Shown here in pieces: positions 35,801 through 48,000 of a stretch of 64,000 nt of DNA (positions are counted from its first letter, which is position 1; the number at the start of each line of letters is the position of its first letter). The translations under genes and the position numbers were made by a program. This DNA is from Pocillopora damicornis (lineage: Eukaryota). The notes under the pieces were generated by a model, which searched no databases, was not told the origin of the DNA, and saw only the letters and a list, made by a program, of their open reading frames with translations. Where the stretch lies: positions 496,001 through 560,000 of the forward strand of contig NW_020844153.1 of NCBI RefSeq assembly GCF_003704095.1. The letters run 5' to 3'.

Positions 35801-38800
35801 AGAGAAGGTTAGAAAAATTTTTTTCTAATTCTGGGAGTAAGCAAAGGGGGCAATGATTTTTAAGATGTGTACTGCAGATGCAGTGCAGATGCATGTGTAC
35901 TGTAAGATGCAGACTGAAGTGAGCGACAGCATGGTCTAACCGATGGATGCATCGATCGATTGACCCCAGAAAGGAAGCATCGATCGCTTGACCTTCCGAA
36001 ACAAAACTCACCAACTTTAAAAAGGTGGTCAATCATGGAGACACAGAAGGTCAGAAAGGCAGACAGACCGACTAAAACAGTCCAGTCCTCCATATTGCTT
36101 CCTGGCCGCTCGACTAGCTTACCATAACTGCTTTATTCAGTGGTCCCTTTCTGACCGACTGAATGACTGACAGACTGATCAAGGAATGGATAAACAAATA
36201 AAATTGGTTGGTTATTACTATTCGGGCATGATCTTGGGAGATTTACTCACCGGGCTGTTATTGCACCTGGACTGTTCAGCACATTTACGTGGAGTCTCTG
36301 CGCATTCATCAATATCCACGCAAATCTATGGAAGACAACAAATCGTCACTGCAGTTAATCCTGTATTACGCTTGTTAAACATGTATTAGGATTTGTTCAT
36401 TAACCCCTATCAAATGCATAGTTTAGATGGAATTAATTGTTGGCGAACTTCAATATTTCATATGCACACTATGTGCGCAATAGATACGCAAAGCTTTGTA
36501 TTTTTTTTATTAACAACTTTCACGGCTCTTTTCTACAATAATTGAAGTTACGTCAACATAAAAGTGCTTTTCACAGGAAAAGCTGGGTCCTTCAATACCT
36601 GTTTGTTGTTCCTAGCGAAGTACAACCCTATCCCATGAATCTCTCTGCCTGAGTAACCTTTAGGACATGGAGGACACCAATATCCGGGACTTCGATTCTG
36701 GCAGATCACCCCAACGTCTTTGGCGCAAGGGTCTTCTTCATGACACTTAGATGAAAGAAACAAGCGCACAGTTAACAGAAATATACATGTACGCAAAAAC
36801 AGAAGTAAATTCCGCAAACAAGCTAAGCTTTAACCACATATTTCTATGAGAATCTAGCATTCTTTTTAAGCATATGAATTGCAACATTTACCTCATCAAC
36901 ATCTGAACAGTTGACACCATCTCCAATCATTCCAAGTGGGCACTCTCCGCATTCAAATCCTTTAACTGTAGATGGATCGTTGAAACAAGGTACGCCAGGA
37001 AAACATGGTTTAAAACGGCAGAAGTCTTGGACTATGAGAAGTAAAAGATTGGAAATGAAGACGATAAAGGAATGAAATCACAAGACACAAAAATGAGCCA
37101 ACGGGTTATCAAAAACGTTCTGCCAAGGCTGCTGCATGCAATTGCCTACTGAGATGAATCAGATTTTGAGTACAGTGTTCAACTATTAAGAAGGGTGCAA
37201 AAAAAGTGTTCAGAAGCCGCGATGGCTTGGTAATTACTGCGGTTGAATACGGATCCAAAGTTATGAGTGTAAGACCGGATAACTGCTTCGTATTCTTGGA
37301 CGAGACGTCTAACTGTCAGAGTGCCTCATTTTACGCAGGAGTAACAATTTAACCACTTAAGAGTCAGGATCAATGACGAAACACACGGATCTTCCCTCAA
37401 TGGACTGGTAACGTGTCGAAGGGATGCCTCTCTGCTGAAACTGGGATAAGCTCAGGCAAAATCGACCTTCAGGCTCCTATTCTGATTATACCCAAACCTC
37501 AAAACCCTCCAATTTACTTAAGTATGAAGTGTTCTAACCTCGACACATTTGACAGTTTTCCACAAGCCTTCTCAAGTACTTGATTTCAGCCACCTTAAAT
37601 GAATGAATAGCCACTCATCAGAAAGCTGTTCTTAAGGAGGGCTTAACGTTAATTCGTTGGAGCGTGTGCATGAGCATGACGTAACTAGCGGCCTTATTTG
37701 TTTCACAAAACAAACGAAAATCTATTGGTTTTACTTTCACGTGTCTAGCCTATTTCCTTACGGTGGACTGTTCATGACATTATTTGGAAAAGGCCTCCGA
37801 TAATTTTCTGCTGACGTTGCATTTAAAATAAGATTTTCCTGTCAAGTACACTTAACATGGAAAACTAATTACTTTAACTTTCGCAAAAGCCTCAGACGCT
37901 CAGAGAAGTATAGTGGAATAACTTATCTTGTTTTTCCATCCAAAATAACGTGGAAAACTTTACTTTTTCCTGTTAATACCGCCTAGATTTATACATAAGA
38001 ATATCACGTGAGCAATACGCAAACACTTTACCTGCATGGATAAGTCGTATCGAATATCCCGTATGAGGCCCATCAATTCAGTAGCCACTTCATGAGTAAT
38101 TACGCTTATATCGTTAATCTCCGGTGGCTGAGGAGCTTTCACTAACGGGAAGACAACAGCAGAACACGATAGAGAATACATTTCTTTTCCAGGATTAGCT
38201 AAAAATTTACAAGTAGAAGTTCTCAGTTGGTTACCTCCCTCCTTAACAGCGCTTTCACAGTCTGGTCCACCAAGGACACTGTCCAAGGAGCGTTTGAAGA
38301 TGAATGAAAGCGATTCTATGGCGCCCTGAGAGAAAAAGTGAAACACTCAAATAGAGAACTTTAGTATATGTGCTGTAGGGAAACGAGATGTTTAAGACGC
38401 AACATGCAAAATTTGTCTTCTCTCATGTCGTGGAACTCCAGGGAATACTAGTATTATGAGGTAAACGACTGACGGTAATGTTGCTATAACGGATTCCGAC
38501 TTCTCTTGGAGGTCAGCTAGTTCAGAGCGTCAGAATTCGCAAGGTACTAATAATTACCAGAAATAATTCCTCACCCCACGTTTACAATCATTCCTCAGTC
38601 TCAACTAGAAACAAAGAATGAGCTGGTAAAATTCCCCGAGTGATATTCCCCAGACTGCATTAGGCGCGAATAAGCCAAGATTTTTTACTTTTCGACATCT
38701 CGTCGAAGCTTAGAATTTTCCGATTGCTCGGTTTTCTTTTGCATACTTTAAGCAAATTTTGGGTTATCGTTCACTAAATGTAAATTACCCTCCACTTCGA

Positions 38801-39884
38801 GTTGGATTTGGATCCAAATCCTCTTTGCGCAATGCGGAAATCCAACAATGAGAGCAATGTGCCTCTGTAGGAGAAGATGTCCGAGATGGCCGATTTAGTG
38901 TCAACTCGGCCAGCAAACTGACAATCCACGAAAAGAGACAGCGCCGAAATTTTTTTTCCATTGTCTTTGACATCTGTGATGCGAATAACCACCGTGTGAT
39001 AACCACGATCCACCAAAGACCCAACTTCTTTGAATACGACAGCCTCGGTCGTGTCATTGGTCGATCTGTACTTGAATATAAGTTTTGTTTTATCGCCAGA
39101 TCCCTTGGAAGACAACTCCATAAGAAACAGCTTTCTTTGACGGTGTACAATAGAGAAAAGAACACCCCCTGGGCTTGCAAAGATACGGAAGCGAGTTTTG
39201 ATAATGAACTCCGTACTTGATTCAATATTAAATATAAGTTCGTTCAAAAGTTCCTCGTCAGCTCGGATAATTTTAATGGCATTTCCAAAGAGATACGCCT
39301 TTCTTCTCTCTGGCGTGAAGATTGTTCGTACGTTATAGTCCAAAGGGCTGATTGATTTTTCGAATAGAGACGACAGTACCTTTATTTCTACGGATAAAAA
39401 GAAAAAATGTCAATGATTAATGAGGATAAAATACCATTAGTGAATAGAACAAGAAAAAATATAGATATAGATGCATATTTAAATAAACATGAGTATAAGC
39501 ACTTACACGTTAGACTGTAGCTTACGAATTTTTAAAATTGTAGCAAAATTTTATTCAAAATATTTATTAAGTTTGATGTCAGTTTGTGAGTGACACAGGC
39601 CTACTCAGAGAAAAAGACCCGAGTGCATCCAATAGGAGTCGGATCTATGACATTCCGATTAGTACATTGGATACTCTACCTCTGAGCTATAGGAGAGTAG
39701 TGGCAGGTCGTTTACCAAGGTCAATGGTTTCAAACTTCCTGCATACTGCGAGGCTAGAAATGACGATATGTAATGCTACTGGGCAATGATCATGTTTAAC
39801 TGAAAGACGTTCCTTACCCAAAGCAGTTGTGGATTTCCAACATGACGCGACTAGGAGAATCAATAATAACATTTGCTCCTTCAT
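29863..39884 (-). CDS. THBS: Pentameric-type (subgroup B, TSP3/TSP4/COMP-like) thrombospondin, 980 aa, 22 coding exons: 39884-39818, 39387-38789, 38325-38235, 38141-38032, 37593-37539, 37031-36892, 36745-36599, 36325-36251, 35782-35621, 35496-35392, 34969-34862, 34526-34367, 33864-33746, 33609-33471, 32911-32816, 32701-32523, 31959-31911, 31485-31289, 31004-30930, 30529-30432, 30227-30088, 29894-29863
   Basis: Signal peptide [21 protein letters not shown]; laminin-G-like N-terminal domain; coiled coil ending [18 protein letters not shown]; four EGF-like domains; type-3 Ca-binding repeats (DNCP..N..Q.D.D.DG.GD.CD); C-terminal lectin-like domain ([56 protein letters not shown]). All junctions are GT-AG with matching phases, 2943 nt in total. 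No vWC or TSR domains. Confidence 0.95.
32325..32465 (+). mobile_element. Decayed SINE-like 3' fragment in thrombospondin intron
   Basis: Shares atggactgg... and aaccgga/aactgggata... blocks with 37395-37460. Confidence 0.35.
37222..37475 (+). mobile_element. Decayed CORE-like SINE in thrombospondin intron
   Basis: Order of blocks (tRNA-like head remnant, ttcttggacgagac...agtgcctc central block, atggactgg...aaactgggataagctc tail) and in-window similarity to 23060-23190 and 32325-32465. Family assignment is from recall only. Confidence 0.4.
39600..39775 (-). mobile_element. tRNA-derived SINE remnant in thrombospondin first coding intron
   Basis: Minus strand A box TAGCTCAGAGGTAGAG (39689..39674) and degenerate B box AGATCCGACTCC (39646..39635) at tRNA-like spacing; no intact cloverleaf. 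Confidence 0.6.
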
Positions 39885-41831
39885 TTTATTCTGCGAAAGA
39901 AGAAAAACAAAATCTGTAAGTTCTCCGTTATTTTTTGCAAGCTCGCAAAGCATTCGTTTGGACTTAAAGTTTCATTTCTTTAGGAAGGTAGTTTAGTTCA
40001 GAGCTGTACAAAAAAAAATTACTCACGAAAACCTTACGGACACGATTTTAATCTTACCCCGCAACTTTGATCACACTTACATCAATTATAACTGGTCTTG
40101 AAACGAAATTGCTCTGGATTCTCTTTAAAAAAATATAAAAATACACAGTACTAATCATTTGTCTTCCGTCGTAGACGGATTTTGGGGCTTGAACGCCCAG
40201 ATGTAAGATCCAAGCTGCGCATTGAAAGCTGTTATGAGAGCTACTTTGTTTAAGTCACGTTTTTTTTGACAAATTCTTTAAGTTCCTCATTTGCAATCAT
40301 GATAATCCTTGTCAATCTTCGTCATCTTTAGTCATTCGTTCTCTCTTAAAGTTTTATTGTTTCCTATTTTTGACTTTAGGTTTTTTTGCATCTCATCTGG
40401 CTCTTATTTGATAGCTTTGCACGGTGCAAAACTTTATTCAAATGAACTGGCATGGAACCTATAACAAACTTTCGAGACGATCGAAGATACCAGTCCGCCA
40501 TGGTTCCTATCAACTTTCAGCTATTCCTAGTATTACCAGAATCCAACTCTAAACCATCAGTGTTAAAAGGCTGGATTAAGAAGTCGCAATTTTTTCTTTG
40601 TCTAACAAATAGCGCGTTTCAATAGACAAGCGCAGAAAGCCCTGTGTCGATATAAGAGTGCGTCACGGTACCGACTCCACGCAACCGCACGTTATTCAGT
40701 GACCTTAAGAGAGCAGCAGGAGACTACTTCAAAAACTCCCTTGTTACAACGTTCCACCAGTTATGCAACACTTTGCTGTCAAATATGAGTCAGTTTTAAC
40801 AATTCAAATGTGAAATACGTATGATGACTTCCTTTAAAGTGCTGATCCATTGCCAAACAATACCACAAAAAATAGTAGTCCGTCTGCATTTTCAAACCAG
40901 CTATACTTTTACGATAACCTTATTTGCGCAATATTATATAACAAACCGTTTAAACTTTCTGTTCTGGCCGTTACTTCGTAAATTACTGCTCAAGCTCAAA
41001 ATTACATAATTCCGTTACTTAATGCTCAGAGAGACAGTGAAGCAGCTTGTAGTTGAGTTTCACTAGATAACCTGGAACAGCAGCCACCTATCCTCGAACG
41101 TGAGTCGAATGTAACCAGCTACTTCTCGCTTATTTCACTGTTTATGGTGTTATTCCCTACGTGCAAAGAAAATATCGAAAACAAACCTGTCATGAAAACT
41201 TCGCTTACTACAGCCTCGACCTGAATTCTTTTCCAGATTTGCTTTTGTTAGCCTCCCTCTCCTTTCGTTCCATGCGCGCAAACTTTGTCAACTCGAGTAA
41301 AATATTCATCATACCATTTCGCAAACAAAGAAAATATTCTGCATTCTTAGCAACAACTAGCTGGAATTTTTGCTTTTTAATTAATTTCGCCTTTGTACAC
41401 AAGGTAAATTGATTTGTTGTGGCTAAGACAAGAGCATAATTCGAAACCATTCCCTGGGGGGTACGGAATCTCCGACAAAGAAAAGCAAATACAGCATTTA
41501 GAAAAAACAAAAGATATACTTTGTTGAACACTAAACATCAGCTGTGTATTTTATAAGATTGAAATTATCCACGTATGGGTACATTGTAGTCATCCAGGCG
41601 TTCCAAAGTTATGCAAACATTTCAATGTGAGAAAATGCTTCACTAACCACTCTTCTGCAATAAATCTTTCAAAAATAAGGAAAAAAACCAACAGAAAAGG
41701 CAAACGAACACAGACGATAAGGAGTACTTGGGTCTCACAGTCACTCAGAGGAAACTTATTCACGTTCGGCTGATGAATAAGGATATGTTTGGTCTCCGTG
41801 CGAGGATATGTTTTTTCCATTTGGAAACTTA

Positions 41832-42039
41832 TTAACCCTTTCCCATAATCTCTTTAGTAATTCTCCCAACCATCTACCAAACACTGCTTATAGTTTTAGT
41901 TTGGAGAATTTGGTATTGAATCAAATGATAATTCACTAATTGATATTTTTCTATATTCTCATCACTTGTTCACTTGAGATCGTGTTGATATTTTAAGGAG
42001 AAATTCTGTCTTGGTCACTATTGGGAGTGAAAGGGTTAA
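41832..42039 (+). mobile_element. TTAA/CCCTTT-terminal MITE, copy 3, with intact ends (piggyBac-like)
   Basis: TTAA-CCCTTT...AAAGGG-TTAA; TTAA target sites with CCC/GGG ends are characteristic of piggyBac-superfamily elements. No coding capacity. Confidence 0.85.
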
Positions 42040-45000
42040 TATTTAATCGTCAGTGTGAGTGAGCCAAAGAAATCAAGTTTCGCTTTTCCTTTTAAGGCAT
42101 TAATTAAGAGAAAATTGAAAATTCCAAAGCATTTTAAGAAATTGTGTATCCTTGATCTAAGAATCGCAATACTTAAGCACCTTAAATTGTTTTTCCTTTT
42201 TGATCCTCTGTATTAATTTCTTAAATTCGACTAAAGGCAAATCTACGTACAACTATAATGAATGAAATAATCTAGTTTTGTACGGCCGCCAACAAAAATG
42301 CTGTCGCCAGAACTGTCTGACACTTGGCACACATTGCGTATTTAAAAAACATCCATCAAAGATAATTACGAGGACTTTTCAATGACTGAAAATACACCAC
42401 CACTTTGTCTCCTCTGCCTAAACTTCCTCGGTCTCTTTCTCTCTGCCGGTATAACTACTTATGGGACTTTTAAAGTAAACCTTTTTTGGGCAGCAGATAG
42501 TAAAAGATCTTTTCCGAGTGATATGATTATAGGAGTTTTGTCTCAAGGCCTTAGCCGAAGGCGAACGTACCTCTTGCTAATACCTTTCTAACTATATCAA
42601 CGATAAACTCAGACATAAGTTATTCATGTCAATTCAATCCATGTGAAAATGTATTACAGTGCATCCAATTTATTTGTACTAGAAGAGTGAAGAGGGCAGA
42701 CAATAAATCAAAGTCAAGAAATTAGTGACTGAAAACAACTGGCTGTGGGAAGAAATTCAAACGAAACCACACAGCCATAACAAACACAGCAGGGTTGATC
42801 TTTAAATACTATTGAAGAAATTCAACTATGCTCTGATAAAAAGCGCGAAACCATGCAAAAGTTTGAAAACAGAAATGGCGTTAACTTTCGAAAGAAAAGA
42901 ATTTGATAAACCCAAAGAGAAATTATTCGTTTTGGAGAAAATGTTGAATTTATGTATCGTTGAAAATTGCGAAAAATGCAAAAATTTGAGTTAAAAGAAT
43001 TAAACTTAACCACGCAGTCTCGAAATGAAAAGAATTTACGTCACCCATTCACGAAATCAATCGAATTAAAAGAACAGAACTTCCGACGGAGTCTAACGTT
43101 TCTGGCGGCATCTTTGTCAAAGACCAAGTGAGACATTTTTAGTATAATTAGACCTGTCCATAGTCACGCCCAGTTTCCTACATTTTAACAAAGGATGCGT
43201 TCTTCCAAATGTATTTGAAAACGTTGAACTTAAACAGAGCCCCCGGTGGTTAACCATTGGTCCTGAACTGAGGCTCAAAGCCATTAACTGAAACTCAGAG
43301 GCAATAGAGGCAATGAAAAGTGTTTCTCTGTAAAAATTTGTAAATTGAGCGCGTCTTACGAATCAGGCTAGGCACCCTTGAGAAAATGATAGAGAATTTC
43401 AGTTTAAAAAAAAATATCATTTTTCACCCGTCTTATCAAGACTAAGGCTTAACATGCTCAAAATTTTTCATATAGTGTTTTATCAATTTGGTGCCGCAAT
43501 CAATGGTATCTTTAATCACAATTTTGATATTAAACAGAGAGTTTCTTCATATACTTATCAGGAGCTTTTAAATTATTCATACAGTGTAATCAAGTCAACC
43601 TTGCTGTGGGACACAGTTAGGCGCGCTGGAGATGACGGTCTATCAGAGATGTGCGATGCCAATCCCCAGAAGTCTGAGAATTAGGTGAGAAAAAAGGTGC
43701 CTCGATCTTCCCTTTATCCTTTTTTCAAATGTATCTTTCCAGCAAGATACAAGAGACTGTTTTAATATGTGTTGTACCGAGGATTTTGTTCTTCAAAGTT
43801 CTATTTCCACCAGAACATATCATTCATCACAAAAGAAAAATATCTAAGAAAAGGTTTCGAAAATGTAAACAGACCTAACGAAACATGCCCCATGAAAATT
43901 TGCCTATGAAAAGTAATAAAACTTAACTTTAAGCTGAAAACACGCACAGAAGTATTAAATTCGTTTATGATTTGGTAGAACTTTGTTTAGGTAACCCTTC
44001 GAGCACAAATTGAATTCTTGAAGAGTAGAAAAAGCAACTCACATTTGGATAAAAGAGAGTCGATTTCCACACTTTAACGAGACCACTAAATCAAGTTCTA
44101 TGCTGTTCGCTGTGATCCAAATAATGAAGACTGATTTAACCTTACGGTAAAAAGCAAGGCCAACCAAGATTTCGTGGGTTTAAGTCGTTATCAGATGGAC
44201 AAATCTTGAGCAAATATTTAGTCAGGGCGGTGAAAATGAGATTAACGATAATCTAGTCTATCCAAGACAACATTCCTGAAAATAAAATTGTTAGCGGTAC
44301 ATAATTTGGAAAACAGAAGGCATGACAACTGATGGTAGACACTACATCGCCTCATATGTCTATTCCTAAACAATCCTTTTTGGTTTTTCTTGGCGCGCCA
44401 GGGAGCGTGTTGCAGAAATTTATGTGTTATGGGCAACTTTAGCCAAAATGCGTGGTAATGGCGCGAGTGGTTTTAATATTCCAAGAGAATTATTTTCCAG
44501 GGACAATTTCAGTCCAGTTTGCTAACTGGCCGCCGCTGTCCAACAGAAACACAAGCCGCAGTGAAACAAGACGTTTCCGTTTGCTTTTATAAATTATCTA
44601 AACCGTGCTCAGATCTGAGAGTTCCATTACAACTTTGTCTAAAATCCCTTCTCAGTGACAAATCTTGCGGCCAAATCGCTTAACACGCTGACATACTCTT
44701 CCCAATGAATACCTGTTGGAACTTTGACTGCCCTGAGTTAAGCCAATTACAAGTGGCATAATTATATGAGGTATAACAAGTACAGCACTCCAAAAAATTC
44801 ACGTGCTCCTAATGTTTTGAAGGATTTATAGACTCATGAGAAACAGAGCAAGTTGTTTGATTGAGCACAACACTCATAATGCCAGACTTGACCTTAGCTG
44901 GCAAAATGCTACAATTATAGTATATAGAGTATAACAATTGCTTAATGAGAATATTGATGGTTTGATTACGTTTTTCCTGAAGCAAAATGGAATACTTGTG

Positions 45001-48000
45001 CACTATATCGTCCATAAATATCGGTGGCTTGGAACTGCAGTTTTGTAATAATAAATGTGCGAGCCCTGAAACGTGTAACGGAAACTTTATGTTGAGATAG
45101 GACTAGTTTTACGGTCTACAACCTGAAAAAGATGTATATGGTCTTGACCAAGATTAATACGTCTGTTTATCGTGACTTTTGCTGACACGAGTATAATTAC
45201 CTTATACATTTTAACTTTCTCTACACAACATTCCGCCATAGGAAGAAAAAAAGATACAAACAAAAAAAAGGAACGACTGACAGAAAATTCAATGAAGAAA
45301 GCGTCCCCTAAGTTACACTCATTATTAAATATGCGACTTACCGTTCGATGTAAGTTGTGCTATGAATTTTTGGTCTTCCGAGCACTATTTATTTTCAAAA
45401 GGGGGAACGAATAACTAAGGCCCCGTGACTGATGAAGAGAATTAATGAATCATGCCTTATCTCGATGTACACTGTTTCACAGATAAGGGTTAAATCATGT
45501 GCAACACGTCTGTCCTCGGGTATGTCAATTATTCTTACGTATAACCCGTATCTCTCCAAACTGAAATTAAAGTTAAAGAAAAAGGAGAGCACTCTTTGGT
45601 GGCCAACGAAAGGATTACCACCTAAGTCAATCCTTTCACAAAGATCGGGGATATGCACGATTTTCGAATTTGGTTTAAACCACCGCTGATGAAGTCGTGC
45701 TTTTGGAGAAATACCATCATTAAGACTGCGTAAAATATAAATGTTTATCTTAATGAGCTGTTCCTGTTTGAATTAAATGCTTCCTCACATGCTTTCTTTG
45801 GGTTAGAGTGTTTTCTTTCGCTCTGAAATAACATGACAAAGGTCAACATGTGGTAATCTCAGATTTAGCATCCTTAAAAAAAATAATGCCCTCTGGATAA
45901 AGGATCTCTCTTGGCAATTTCACTGAAAGAGGTAAATCCTGGATTGTAATTAAGATATGTCTTTAGCTGACGACAGTAGCAAAAAAAATCGTTACTGTGA
46001 CGCCTAAATCAAATACTAGAGCTACTTTGAATCACAAAAATCTGACAGTGAAATCCCCTTGGGAGAACCGTTTTTTTTTTTTTTTTTTTTTTGTTTTTTG
46101 TTTTTTGTTTTCAGACCGAAGGGCATTCAGCAATCAGATAGCAAGATATATATTCCCTGTGCAGACATCTTCCATTACTTATTTTATCGCTGATGTTGAT
46201 CAGCTGAGAGGAAAATGGACGCCTTATATTACTGTAATTTTTTCTTTCTCTTCTCAAATAAAAGCATAAATTTTATGAAGTACCAAGACTAGGGTTTACT
46301 GCGCTGCCTTTGAATACTTGTGTGAACAGAGAATCCGAGTGAGTCGAACATTGCACGAGTAATGGTATCTGCATCCTAGAAGATTTCTTGTGCACTTCGC
46401 TGAAGACTCTCATACTGAAACATACACTTAAAAGGTACTTGAGCAACAAAAACTGGTCTAATTTGCAACCAGTAAAGGGTACTTTTGGATTCCTGAATTT
46501 CGAAAAGGTCTGTATGACGCTAAGTGCGGTAAAGAGTGATTCGTGGTAGGTGACAGTAAACGGCGTTATCGAAGGAAGAAGCACGAATGACCACAAGCGA
46601 CACCCAGTGAAGTGAATAAGAAATAGACTAGGGTATCATGGGAGCAGGGAAACAACTTTGAAAAAGGTAAAAAGACGGACACAATTTTGGAATAAAGCTG
46701 CGGTATTTGCTTTACTGATTTTTCAGTTAGGTATAAAGGTAACAAATCATTTGCCAAAAAAATAATAAGATATACACAAGTAGACATAAAAAATATTATA
46801 CCTGTCGTTGGATTCCAATTTACTTTAAGCACAATCGATAAAGATCAAATTAAGGCGCAATTCAAATCTGCTATCGGCAAATTTACGATCACATCAATAG
46901 TATAACCGTTGCATGGTTTCATGAAAACGATACGGTAGATAACACTATACGAGTCATAAAAATGCTCGAGTGTTTACATAGCCAATCTTGTCTTTTCATC
47001 CATTAGCTCTAATAATATTACTGTGTCATAGATTTCCTAGAATTACGGTCGGAATCATCTGGAAAGAGGCCTGATATGTCACAGTAATTTAAAGAGGAAT
47101 GTCACTGAGGACATCCTTCACTCTATTTTGGTATTTTCCACAGTAAATTATGTATAAAGAAACCAATATATGTTTCAGATTTTAAAGTCTTGGATCTCTT
47201 GGTTTCTTTAATTTCGGACCACATACAAAGAATCAAACGTTTCCCTCAATATTTTTCGAAAATGCTTGCAATGCACGACTATGGTGTTTCACATTGAGAG
47301 GGTCAAATGTTGAGGCTTTCAGAAATTCTCAGTTCGTAAAGAATGTATTTTCTTCGTCAATAGTCACGATATGTGGTAGAAAAATCTTCACCCTGATTCA
47401 TAAGAACTAAACCAACAAACGATATAATTTTTTTAAGAACTGACTGGCGCATAAAGATAACAAGCAGAAGAATTAGCAATTTAGGTGTCGGCGCAAAGCA
47501 AACATATAAGCGTCACAAAAAGACCAAAAGTAAGGCCAGCCTTAATCGATTAGCCATGCTGAAATCACTACCCATTTTCATGTCACAAACTGAACTGCTG
47601 CGCGAAACAAATGCATATTTTATCGATGGCTCCATGTCGGCTGAATGATGAAAGAAAATTCTCGGACTATAACAAACCTGTGTGACTTCAAAGATAACCT
47701 AAAGACTGAAAGGAGGTGATAATTTCGAAGTTGATTTCAGACTTGATAAACCATAGAATATGAGAACTGGATTATCTGAGTTTATCGCTCGATTTTCGCG
47801 CTTCGTATATATCTTGCCGTCAATCGTACTTTAAACACTCATTTGATAAAACTAGCCCTAGTGAATGCAATAATTGAATAAACATTTATCATTTTGTTGA
47901 CAGCAGGCTGTGTAAAAATGTATATTCTTCCGCAAGAAAAACTTGATCTTCAATGCCAGGGATACCTATTGACTTGTTGCAACGTCAAGTAAAATTAGTG

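Noticed and set aside
39630-39695. tRNA gene
   Set aside because: B box is degenerate and no full cloverleaf forms; better explained as a SINE head.
41208-41531. ORF with a charged helical end (ARMERKEREANKSKSGKEFRSRL)
   Set aside because: No recognisable domain and no convincing splice partners; cannot be supported as an exon.
42812-42994. IVENCEKCK resembles the thrombospondin LVENCQMCR coil end
   Set aside because: A-rich low-complexity DNA on the opposite strand with no further similarity; probably chance.
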